NCBI GenBank assembly: GCA_035528275.1
Contig: DATKYV010000010.1
Coordinates: 1 to 52,077, forward strand
Direction of reading: 5' to 3'
From: Terriglobia bacterium
GTDB lineage: Bacteria > Acidobacteriota > Terriglobia > UBA7540
DNA length: 52,077 nt
The translations under genes and the position numbers were made by a program. This document shows positions 8,687 to 16,490 of this stretch, piece after piece. Below the pieces are notes generated by a model that ran no database searches, was not told the origin of the DNA, and saw nothing but the letters and a program-made list of their open reading frames with translations. Within the stretch, counting starts at the first letter, position 1; each line of letters starts with the position of its first letter.

Positions 8687-9097
8687 TCAGGCCGCGGGCG
8701 CGGCGGAGGCGAGCTTCTTGGATTCCTTCTTGCGGATAAGGGCCTCGACCGCTTCTTTCAACCGAGCTAGGATGCCGTCGTTGTTGGTGCCGCGGATATC
8801 CAGCGGGACGAATCGGCTTTCGGGAAACTCGGTTTTGCGCATCACCTTCTTAAACAACTTGAACTGAGCTTCCGGGGCGCAGGCGCCGCCCACCACGTAG
8901 GCTTCCGGGTCGGGGGCACACTCCCGCATGATGTCGGCGACGAGTTCGTTCCCGCCCTGGCCGCAGAGCTGTGGGTGAACAATGGTGTAGTCGACGTCCA
9001 ATTCAGACTCCACCTGGAAGGGCAGTGTATTCATGTCAGTGTTTTTGAATGACGGGCAGAGCCCCTTACAGTTGCAGAGCAGAATCTTGATCTTCAT
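8687..9097 (-). CDS. Cys-rich 136-aa protein; resembles a standalone version of a Cys-rich segment of HdrA/Qmo-type heterodisulfide-reductase-like proteins
   Basis: MKIKILLCNCKGLCPSF...HPQLCGQGG...YVVGGACAPEAQFKLF...VPLDIRG. The similarity to the HdrA 'CxC...AACSP...NIR' region is recalled from memory, not verified. Confidence 0.65.
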   Translation of the reverse strand: MKIKILLCNCKGLCPSFKNTDMNTLPFQVESELDVDYTIVHPQLCGQGGNELVADIMRECAPDPEAYVVGGACAPEAQFKLFKKVMRKTEFPESRFVPLDIRGTNNDGILARLKEAVEALIRKKESKKLASAAPAA

Positions 9098-9148
9098 GGT
9101 GATCCTCTTCGGGAACTGGATTCCTTCCTCTTTCCCGTGCTTGAACCG

Positions 9149-9580
9149 CTAGGCGGCCCGGGCGTCGCCGTTTTCTTCCCCTTGCCCCTCATCGCTCGCC
9201 GGCGACGCGCTGTCGGTTGGGCTTGTCACGATCTGCAATCCCAGCGACTTGAGCCTCCCTGAACTTTCCAGGGTGTTCAGCAGCTCCAAGTCAGCCCGAA
9301 AGGTTTCGGACGATGGCAGCACTTCGCGCAAAAACGCGCGGAGGGCTTGGATTGCCGGTGAGTCAGGAGCCAGCGAGTAACAGACACGCGGGCCTTCACG
9401 CTGATCTTTCACCAAGCCAACGCGGCGCAGATAAGCTAAGTGGCGGGAAATGAACGGCTGAGACAAGCCGAGGACTGACTGCAGGTCACAAACGCAACTG
9501 CTCCGCTCGGACAATATGTTCACAATTCGGAGCCGATTGGCGTCTGCCAACGCCCTGAACAGCTTCGCCATTTGCGTCAT
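9149..9580 (-). CDS. arsR: ArsR/SmtB family transcriptional regulator with a CVC metalloid-binding-type motif
   Basis: MTQMAKLFRALADANRLRIVNILSERSSCVCDLQSVLGLSQPFISRHLAYLRRVGLV. GGAGAG precedes the ATG at 9580. Confidence 0.85.
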   Translation of the reverse strand: MTQMAKLFRALADANRLRIVNILSERSSCVCDLQSVLGLSQPFISRHLAYLRRVGLVKDQREGPRVCYSLAPDSPAIQALRAFLREVLPSSETFRADLELLNTLESSGRLKSLGLQIVTSPTDSASPASDEGQGEENGDARAA

Positions 9581-9590
9581 ATCGCTCTCC

Positions 9591-9613
9591 GCATATATGG
9601 CTAAGCATATGAG
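9591..9613 (-). promoter_or_regulatory. operator-like AT-rich element just upstream of arsR (9580)
   Basis: The minus strand reads CTCATATGCTTAGCCATATATGC. It contains ATATGCTTA, which is also found upstream of the second arsR and, with one change, in the 3621-3640 palindrome. Confidence 0.4.
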
Positions 9614-9818
9614 GTGCCAACTTCTCCCAATCAATGCGACCGTGGCCCGTCCTTGTCTGATGCCTTGGGACTCACCGCAGGGGAGGGCTGAACCGGTTCC
9701 ATCGAGGCTTTGGCCGCCGCTGGTTGTGCGTGGTCTCGCCCAGACGTCGGTCTCTGCTGCGCGGGAAGTGAGGGCTCTGAGGAACCCGTTTTCCCCCCAT
9801 TGCCAGGGCGATAAATAC

Positions 9819-9863
9819 TTGCCGTTTTTGAACTCTTATTGTATATGCTTATAGACGCATATA
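9819..9863 (+). promoter_or_regulatory. candidate promoter TTGCCG-N17-TATATG with overlapping inverted repeat TATATGC-N8-GCATATA
   Basis: Read directly. The inverted repeat at 9842-9863 overlaps the -10 element and lies 15 nt upstream of the arsR2 ATG (9878). Confidence 0.4.
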
Positions 9864-9877
9864 GTCGCGAGGTGTTC

Positions 9878-10285
9878 ATGTCGGAGCTGGAAGGCTACTT
9901 TCGAGGATTGGCGGACACTACCCGTCTGCGAATTGTCAACCTACTCTTTTGGGGGGAGCTGTGCGGTTGTGACATTCAGCTTGTGCTGGAAACCTCGCAG
10001 CCCAACGTTTCGCGGCACCTGGTCTATTTGAAGCACGCGGGGTTGGTACAGGATCGGCGAGAGGGCTACCGCGTCTTTTACAAATTGGCCGAGCCGGGCA
10101 CCAAGACAACCAGGGAACTTTTCGAGTTTCTCCGGGTAGCCTTCAAACGTGACCGCAAGCTCCGCAACGACCTGCGAGTGTTGAAGGAGGCGATCAGGGA
10201 GGGAGCCTGCACGATTCAGCAGACTCATCCGTTCCCCAGATATACAGATAGCCCGCCGGCAGGTCGGCCCTCGGAGAGCACTTGA
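9878..10285 (+). CDS. arsR: ArsR/SmtB family transcriptional regulator (second copy, divergent)
   Basis: MSELEGYFRGLADTTRLRIVNLLFWGELCGCDIQLVLETSQPNVSRHLVYLKHAGLV has an ELCxCD motif like As(III)-sensing ArsR. GAGGTG precedes the ATG at 9878. Confidence 0.85.
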   Translation: MSELEGYFRGLADTTRLRIVNLLFWGELCGCDIQLVLETSQPNVSRHLVYLKHAGLVQDRREGYRVFYKLAEPGTKTTRELFEFLRVAFKRDRKLRNDLRVLKEAIREGACTIQQTHPFPRYTDSPPAGRPSEST

Positions 10286-10367
10286 ACAATGAATCTGGGG
10301 TCGAGTCACTGTTGGCCCGTTGCGCGCATAGGGGCCCAGTGGAAGCGGAAAGGAGAAGGAATTCCGC

Positions 10368-11510
10368 ATGATTGAAGCAAACCTGGCAACTGAAAACTTT
10401 GTGGTGCGGGCAATGAAGAGGTTTCAGAACTTCAAGATGCTCCCCGTATTCGTGCTTGTTAGTATGGCCATAGGGATTGGCATCGGCAAGCTCTACGGGA
10501 TATCGAACTTTTCGCTCACCCCGCCCATTGACGCCATCAAGTCGATCTTCCGAGGGACCTACGTATTCAACTTGCCCAATTCCTTGGCTTTGGGTGTAGT
10601 CGTCGGACTTTTTCTGATGATCTACCCGGCCATGGCGAACATACGGTTTGGTGACTTCGGCAAGGCGGTAAAATCACCCAAGCAGCTGCTCGTCGTTTTG
10701 CTTCTTAACTTCCTGGTGGCCCCTTTCTGGATGTATCTCCTGGCTACCATGTTCTTCCCGAAGGGTAGCGATTTCCATACGGCCCTGGTCCTCTACGGGC
10801 TGGCCCCGTGCATCGCCATGGTGATTGTGTTCACGTTTCTTGCGCTGGGCAACAACGCTCTGGCGGTAGTGCTCGTGGCCATGAACTCGATTATGCAAAT
10901 GATCCTCATCCCGATCTACGCAAAATGGCTGCTGGGCTCGGTTGATTTCAGTGTTGCCGTGGTGGCGGAGAGCGTCGTGCTGTACCTGGGTCTGCCGCTC
11001 GTGGCCGGATTCCTGACACGGCGCTGGGGGGTTGCCCGCTACGGCGAGGCGGGCTTCGGAAAGGTGAAGACCGTCCTGGATACTCTTTCCATTCTGGGCC
11101 TGCTTTTCACGCTTGTTGTCATGTTCGCTCTGAAGGGTGACCTCATTCTGGGCAGGCCGCAAATCATCCTGCACCTGGCGGCCCCGATGGCGATCTTCTT
11201 TTGGACGATGTTTCTGCTGGCTTATCTTGCCGGCTGGAAGCTGCGCTTCGGTTACGAGGATTCGGTGGCCGTGGGATTTAACTCGACCGGGCGCGACTTT
11301 GAGATTGCCATTGCGATTGCGATTACCGCGTTCAATCCGACCGTTGCACTGGCGACGGTTGTTGGTCCCCTGATTGAGGTTCCGGTGATGCTGGTTCTCG
11401 TCTGGTTTGCCCGCAAGACGCGCAGGGCGTTTTTTGGCACTGCACCAGGGGACAGGCCTTCCGCAGTCGGCAACAAACCAACCGAGGCGTATGAGAAGGT
11501 GATCCAGTGA
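10368..11510 (+). CDS. acr3: ACR3 family arsenite efflux transporter
   Basis: Polytopic membrane protein with LYGLAPCIAMVIVF and GRDFEIAIAIAI, matching the ACR3 signature regions (R/P-CIAMV, NFELAIAVAI). Confidence 0.85.
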   Translation: MIEANLATENFVVRAMKRFQNFKMLPVFVLVSMAIGIGIGKLYGISNFSLTPPIDAIKSIFRGTYVFNLPNSLALGVVVGLFLMIYPAMANIRFGDFGKAVKSPKQLLVVLLLNFLVAPFWMYLLATMFFPKGSDFHTALVLYGLAPCIAMVIVFTFLALGNNALAVVLVAMNSIMQMILIPIYAKWLLGSVDFSVAVVAESVVLYLGLPLVAGFLTRRWGVARYGEAGFGKVKTVLDTLSILGLLFTLVVMFALKGDLILGRPQIILHLAAPMAIFFWTMFLLAYLAGWKLRFGYEDSVAVGFNSTGRDFEIAIAIAITAFNPTVALATVVGPLIEVPVMLVLVWFARKTRRAFFGTAPGDRPSAVGNKPTEAYEKVIQ

Positions 11511-11767
11511 AGAGCGAACCCGATTGCTACGGACAGATGCTCCCTTCGTTGCGGACGCCAATTCTCAACCGGCCCGAGAGCGGCAAAGTGTTTGGCTATC
11601 GCGCTGACTATTCTGGAATGGTTGCCAAGGATCGCTTCGTGTCAGTGGACCGCGTTGCCTGGAAGCTGTGTGTTGCGTGCCCCGAGTTAGAAACATGCTA
11701 TCGGTTGTCCTGCGGCAGGCTTCTGTTGGTCTTGAGGACTCTGCCGCAATCTGCGTACGGGTCGTGA
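11507..11767 (+). CDS. hypothetical Cys-rich small protein, translationally coupled to acr3
   Basis: The GTG start overlaps the acr3 stop (GTGA). Contains PDCYG...WKLCVACPELETCYRLSCG. Family not recognised. Confidence 0.5.
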   Translation: MKSEPDCYGQMLPSLRTPILNRPESGKVFGYRADYSGMVAKDRFVSVDRVAWKLCVACPELETCYRLSCGRLLLVLRTLPQSAYGS

Positions 11768-11846
11768 TGGGCCGGATCAAGAAGGCGTCGGGCACAGACC
11801 TTTGGGCCCCGATCGTCCCTTCGAACGCGGGGCACGTGATCCTGTG

Positions 11847-12007
11847 TTGAGGGTTCTCATGCTCTGCACCGGCGATTCTGCGCGCAGCCATACGGTAGAA
11901 GGTGTCCTTCGGTCCTTTTCCCGAGGGCAGTGGGTGGTTGAAAGCGCGGGGATCACCAGTCCCGTATCAACCCTATCGCAGTAGCGCGTAAGACTCCTGG
12001 CGTAAGT
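11847..12007 (+). pseudogene. arsC: decayed LMW-PTP-type arsenate reductase (frameshifted and truncated)
   Basis: RVLMLCTGDSARSHTVEGVLRSFSRGQWVVESAG matches the ArsC N-terminus (CTGNSxRS P-loop, here N>D). The continuation SRINPIAVARKTPGVS is in another frame, and the remainder is missing where the next gene begins. Confidence 0.6.
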
Positions 12008-12021
12008 CGCCCGGTCCGAGT

Positions 12022-13164
12022 CTATTCGCGCGCCATCTTGTTGTAATGGACCAGCAGGCTGCTTTCCTCGGTTTTTCCCAGAGCTTCAAGGGCAACGATT
12101 TGATAGGCGCTGGCGGAGATTTCAGTCCGCCTGTAAATGCCCGGCTCCATCTTGCCGGTCACGTGCCCCTGGTCTTGGAGGAGAAACTTCTGGGCTTCTT
12201 CCGGAGAGGGCACTCCGCCATTCTTCCGCCAGGGTGGTGTTGTGTAATGGCCACTGCGACTTTGGGCCTCAACCACGTAAGAGCGGAGGAGCTTGGGCCA
12301 GTATTTCCGAAAGAGCTCGGCGTTGGAGAAAACGTCGCTCCAAACCAATTCTCCGTCAATGGCCACCACCACGCCCACAGCGTCCCGCCCGCGAAGCTGG
12401 TCGCGAAGTTCGCGTTCGTAGTCGGACTCAATCGAAGTGGCGATTTCGTCCCAGTCCCGACGGGCGCGTGGACTAGCCAGGACTTCCGCGTAGTCCGCAG
12501 TGGGCGCAGCCGCTTCCGCCGCCACAGCGGAGCGTGACACAGAGTTCCACACTCCCTGCTGGCTCTTGTAGACCTGGGCCTGCTTGCGGATCTCGGGATG
12601 GGCCATCAGCTTGGCGGAGCCGAAGCCGCCGCCTCCGGCTGACCAGCGCCCGTGCTCGACGCAGAAGACGGTCAGGGGGAGCGGGTCGCTTTTGGGCGGG
12701 ACAACGAGGTCGGCGCCGATGACCCGGTTTTGCTTTCCGCCGGAAACCACTTCGCCAGCCAGGAGGATGAGCGGCTGTGAGGATTCATTGATTAGAACGA
12801 GCTCGTTGACGCTCGCTCCACCACGCGGCTCAATTGGAACTGGTCCCGGCCAACGCTCTCGAGTACGGCGGCGCATCATAGCGGGCTCGATCTGGCCGCG
12901 CTCCACAATCCTGACGACGCCCGATGCCAGGCCATCGTCGAGCGTGAGGAATCCCGAGGTATCCCCCTTGAGCGCCGACGCCACGGGGAAGATGCTCAGG
13001 TTGCCGCGCGTAATCGGCTTCAAAACCCGCCAACTTTCTCGAAACTGTTGGACGTCGGAATCCCCTTGAATCTTGGGGGACGGAGGGCGTCGCATCTCCG
13101 CCACAAGCGGAGCCACCAGCACGAGCGATGCGATCACAGACAGGCGCTTCCAGCTCTTATTCAT
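12022..13164 (-). CDS. secreted protein of a DUF6569-like family
   Basis: Signal-like N-terminus MNKSWKRLSVIASLVLVAPLVA. LILLAGEVVSGGKQNRVIGADLVV...LTVFCVEHGRWS matches the GExxxGxKQNR...CVExGRW pattern I recall for DUF6569. GGGAGG precedes the ATG at 13164. Confidence 0.7.
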   Translation of the reverse strand: MNKSWKRLSVIASLVLVAPLVAEMRRPPSPKIQGDSDVQQFRESWRVLKPITRGNLSIFPVASALKGDTSGFLTLDDGLASGVVRIVERGQIEPAMMRRRTRERWPGPVPIEPRGGASVNELVLINESSQPLILLAGEVVSGGKQNRVIGADLVVPPKSDPLPLTVFCVEHGRWSAGGGGFGSAKLMAHPEIRKQAQVYKSQQGVWNSVSRSAVAAEAAAPTADYAEVLASPRARRDWDEIATSIESDYERELRDQLRGRDAVGVVVAIDGELVWSDVFSNAELFRKYWPKLLRSYVVEAQSRSGHYTTPPWRKNGGVPSPEEAQKFLLQDQGHVTGKMEPGIYRRTEISASAYQIVALEALGKTEESSLLVHYNKMARE

Positions 13165-13380
13165 GGCATGCCTCCCGGGCCGACAGCTTCGCGTAATAGT
13201 GCCCATCGGCCTTTTACGCCTTTTGAACGCACCAGGCTGCGAGTCTTGCAGGGAATATCTTTGCTGGCATCCGAATAAAGGGTTGAAGGGGGTAAGGCGG
13301 GCTTCAATTCTTCTGCAAGAAGGGGTAGGCTGAGCGTTCCAGGAGGCAGAGAAGGAAACAATGAATCTGGAGGTTGAATC

Positions 13381-14817
13381 ATGTTAACCCGGCCCAAAGC
13401 GTTTTGCCTGAGCCTGACCGCCGCGCTACTTCTTGCCAGCCCTCTCCTGGCTGAGACCACTGCGACGTCGACGCAGGAAGACCAGAAGGAAGTTGCCGTC
13501 ACCGTCTACAATTCAAACATCGCGCTAATACGCGATGTCCGCCTGCTGAATATTCCCACCGGCGAGGTCCATTTGCGATTCATGGACATCGCCGCGAAGG
13601 TGAATCCCGCCACCGTGCACATTGTTTCGCTCACCGCGCCCAAGGATTTGCAGGTCCTCGAGCAGAATTACGAGTACGACCTGTTGAACCCACAGAGGCT
13701 GCTCGAGAAATATGTGGGCAGGGAACTGACGCTGGTGCGTCTGGTGACGGAAAACAATTCAACGAGGGAAGTCCCCGTCAAAGCCACCCTGCTGGCGTAC
13801 AACCAGGGGCCGGTGTGGCAGGTCGGGAATGACATCATCACCGGCATGGGCGCCGACCGCTACATCTTTCCCGACGTGCCGGAGAATCTCTACAGCAAGC
13901 CGACGTTGGTCTGGCTGCTCGAAAACAAGCGCGGGGGCGAGCAAAGAGTGGAAGCTTCCTATCTGACCAACGATCTGAACTGGAATGCCGACTACGTGCT
14001 CACCGTCGCCGCCGACCAGAAGGCCGCCGACCTGAACGGCTGGGTCACCATCGTGAACAAGAGCGGCACGGCGTTTGAGAACGCGCAGCTTCAGCTCGTG
14101 GCGGGCGAGGTGCATCGTGTTTACGAGGCACGGATTCAGCGTAAGGCGATGGCCATGGAAGCCGTTGGAGCCGCTGCTCAGCAGTTCGGCGAAGAGGCGC
14201 TCTCCGAGTATCATCTTTATACGCTCGACCGCCGAACGACGCTTCATGACAACGAGACCAAACAGATCAGCCTGCTCGGTGCGACCGGCATCGGCATTGA
14301 AAAACATTTCGTGGTTGACGGGCAGGAGTACTACTACCGTAATCCGCAGCGGCCCGGCCAGCCCATCAAAGACCCCGTCAAGGTCTTTATCAAATTCAAA
14401 AACTCGAAGGAGAATTCGCTGGGGATGCCGCTGCCGGCAGGAACGGTGCGCGTTTATCAGGGCGATTCCAAGGGGCGGGTGCAATTCATCGGCGAGGACC
14501 GCATCGATCACACGCCCAAGGACGAAACGCTGGACCTTCACATCGGCAACGCCTTTGACGTGGTGTCGGAGCGCAAGCAGACGGACTACGAGAAAATCGC
14601 CTCCAACGTCTATGAAATGGAGTTTGAGATCACCCTGCGCAACCACAAGCCGGACCCGATCACCGTGGAGGTCAACGAACCTCTGCGCGGCGACTGGACG
14701 ATGCTCTCTTCGAGCTTCAAGTACGAAAAGACCGCGGCGTTTGCCGCCCGCTTCAACGTTCCGGTGGCTGCGGACGGCGAATCGGTGTTGAAGTATCGTG
14801 TACGTGTCCGCTGGTAG
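13381..14817 (+). CDS. secreted DUF4139 (MuiA-like) domain protein
   Basis: Signal peptide, then VAVTVYNSNIALIRDVRLLNIPTGEVHLRFMDIAAKVNPATVHIVSL...LEQNYEYDLL, typical of the DUF4140/DUF4139 architecture. Confidence 0.8.
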   Translation: MLTRPKAFCLSLTAALLLASPLLAETTATSTQEDQKEVAVTVYNSNIALIRDVRLLNIPTGEVHLRFMDIAAKVNPATVHIVSLTAPKDLQVLEQNYEYDLLNPQRLLEKYVGRELTLVRLVTENNSTREVPVKATLLAYNQGPVWQVGNDIITGMGADRYIFPDVPENLYSKPTLVWLLENKRGGEQRVEASYLTNDLNWNADYVLTVAADQKAADLNGWVTIVNKSGTAFENAQLQLVAGEVHRVYEARIQRKAMAMEAVGAAAQQFGEEALSEYHLYTLDRRTTLHDNETKQISLLGATGIGIEKHFVVDGQEYYYRNPQRPGQPIKDPVKVFIKFKNSKENSLGMPLPAGTVRVYQGDSKGRVQFIGEDRIDHTPKDETLDLHIGNAFDVVSERKQTDYEKIASNVYEMEFEITLRNHKPDPITVEVNEPLRGDWTMLSSSFKYEKTAAFAARFNVPVAADGESVLKYRVRVRW

Positions 14818-14845
14818 AAAACTGCGCCTGGGGTGATTTCTTGCA

Positions 14846-15364
14846 ATGTGCGCTGGTGCTTCGGCCGGAGTGATTCGAATTCGCCCCGCCAATCCCGACG
14901 ACGCGGAGCGAATCGCAGCGCTCGCCACGCAACTCGGATATCCTTCAACTCCGGCGCAGGTTGCCTCGCGCCTGGAGCGCCTGCTGCGCGACGACGAACA
15001 TGCGATTTTCGTCGCCGCGCAATCCGCCCTCGTCGTCGGATGGGTTCACGTTTTTGAGAAGCACCTCTTGGAGAGCGAGCCGGAAGCCGAAATCGGCGGG
15101 CTGGTGGTGGATGAGAACCATCGCCGTGCCGGTGCCGGGAAGCTCCTTATGGAGCGCGCAGAGGAGTGGGCTCGATCAAGAGGTCTGAAATCGGTTTACC
15201 TGCGCTCCAACGTCATTCGAAAAGAAGCCCACGCTTTCTACGAAAAGCTTGGCTACCATGTAAGTCAAAACCCAGACGGCGTTTCGCAAGACGTTGTAAT
15301 TGCGGCTCGACCTAAACAATCAGCATACAGTCGCCGTAGCTGTAGAAGCGGTAGCGTTCTTTGA
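14846..15364 (+). CDS. GNAT family N-acetyltransferase (apparent +1 frameshift 12 codons before the expected end)
   Basis: IRIRPANPDDAERIAAL...GLVVDENHRRAGAGKLLMERAEEWARSRG...AHAFYEKLGYHV. The canonical tail VKTQTAFRKTL-stop (ending at 15299) lies in the +1 frame. The annotated frame instead extends 31 codons into queA. Confidence 0.8.
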   Translation: MCAGASAGVIRIRPANPDDAERIAALATQLGYPSTPAQVASRLERLLRDDEHAIFVAAQSALVVGWVHVFEKHLLESEPEAEIGGLVVDENHRRAGAGKLLMERAEEWARSRGLKSVYLRSNVIRKEAHAFYEKLGYHVSQNPDGVSQDVVIAARPKQSAYSRRSCRSGSVL

Positions 15365-16397
15365 CCGCGTGCTGATAGGAACGGAGCGTAAAGTCCCGGC
15401 CCGCGAAGGCACAGACCAGCATGAGAAGGGTAGATCGTGGCAGGTGAAAATTGGTGAGCAGCGCACCCGTGACCCGGAACTCGAATCCAGGATAGATGAA
15501 TAGATTCGTTTCGCCGCGGCCGGGAGCGATCCGGCCGGCATGTTCGCTTGCCGCGTGCTCCAGCGTGCGGACGCTCGTTGTGCCAACGGCGACGACCCGG
15601 CGACCCTCATCAAGCGCGCGGTTGATGGCTTTCGCCGCCGTGTCGGATATCTCAAATCGTTCCGATTCCATTTTGTGTTCTTCGACACGCTCCATCCGTA
15701 CCGGCTGGAAAGTTCCCAGCCCCACGTGGAGGGTGATCTCGCAAGCCTCCACACCGCGGGCGCGCAGGCTTTCAAAGGCTCGCTCCGTGAAATGAAAACC
15801 CGCCGTCGGGGCGGCCACCGCGCCCCGGACTTTTGCGTAAACGGTCTGGTAGGTTTCGCGGTCCGCCGCTTCATCGGGGCGGTGGATGTAGGGCGGCAGA
15901 GGGACGTGACCCAGGCGATCGATGGCATCCTCGATGCTGCCCTCGCGCGCTGCCAGCCGAACGCGGCGCACACCGTACTCACCACGGCTCAGCACCTCGG
16001 CTTCCAGTTCTCCCTTGCCGAACACCAGCGCTTCACCCACGCGCACTTTGCGTCCGGGATGCACGAGTCCCTGCCAGATATCCTCGCTCTCCTGGCGAGT
16101 CAGCATGAGTTCGACTTCGGCGGTGAGGAACTCGCGGAGGGCGGGATTGTGCTTGCCGATCTGCTGCGCGCCTTTTCCACGCCGCCGGCCGAGGAGCCGC
16201 GCGGGAAATACTTTGGTGTCGTTGAATACCAAGAGGTCGCCGGGCCGGAGGATTTGGGGGAGGTCGAGAAATCTCCGGTCCTCGAATCGTTGCGCGGCGC
16301 GGTCGACGAGCATCATCCGCGAGGCATCGCGTTCGGCGAGAGGCCGTGAAGCGATTAACTCGGACGGGAGCGGATAGTCGAATTCGGCAAGAAGCAT
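15312..16397 (-). CDS. queA: S-adenosylmethionine:tRNA ribosyltransferase-isomerase
   Basis: MLLAEFDYPLPSELIASRPLAERDASRMMLV...LLVFNDTKVFPARL...VAAPTAGFHFT...GTTSVRTLE...NFHLPRSTLLMLV. The upstream 409 codons of the 770-aa track ORF are antisense to the next gene. Confidence 0.93.
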   Translation of the reverse strand: MLLAEFDYPLPSELIASRPLAERDASRMMLVDRAAQRFEDRRFLDLPQILRPGDLLVFNDTKVFPARLLGRRRGKGAQQIGKHNPALREFLTAEVELMLTRQESEDIWQGLVHPGRKVRVGEALVFGKGELEAEVLSRGEYGVRRVRLAAREGSIEDAIDRLGHVPLPPYIHRPDEAADRETYQTVYAKVRGAVAAPTAGFHFTERAFESLRARGVEACEITLHVGLGTFQPVRMERVEEHKMESERFEISDTAAKAINRALDEGRRVVAVGTTSVRTLEHAASEHAGRIAPGRGETNLFIYPGFEFRVTGALLTNFHLPRSTLLMLVCAFAGRDFTLRSYQHAVKERYRFYSYGDCMLIV

Positions 16398-16490
16398 CCT
16401 GGAGCGATTGTAGCAATGAAGCCGGCTCGTTGTCCGCAGCGGCGACGGTGCTCCCAAAGCGGACGGCGCCGCTTGTGGTAGAGTAGGTGC

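Noticed and set aside
10285-10298. Exact 14-nt repeat AACAATGAATCTGG, also at 13357-13370, both just upstream of gene starts
   Set aside because: A rough estimate (window length squared over 4^14, both strands) predicts several such 14-mer matches by chance in 52 kb. There is no flanking similarity or symmetry.
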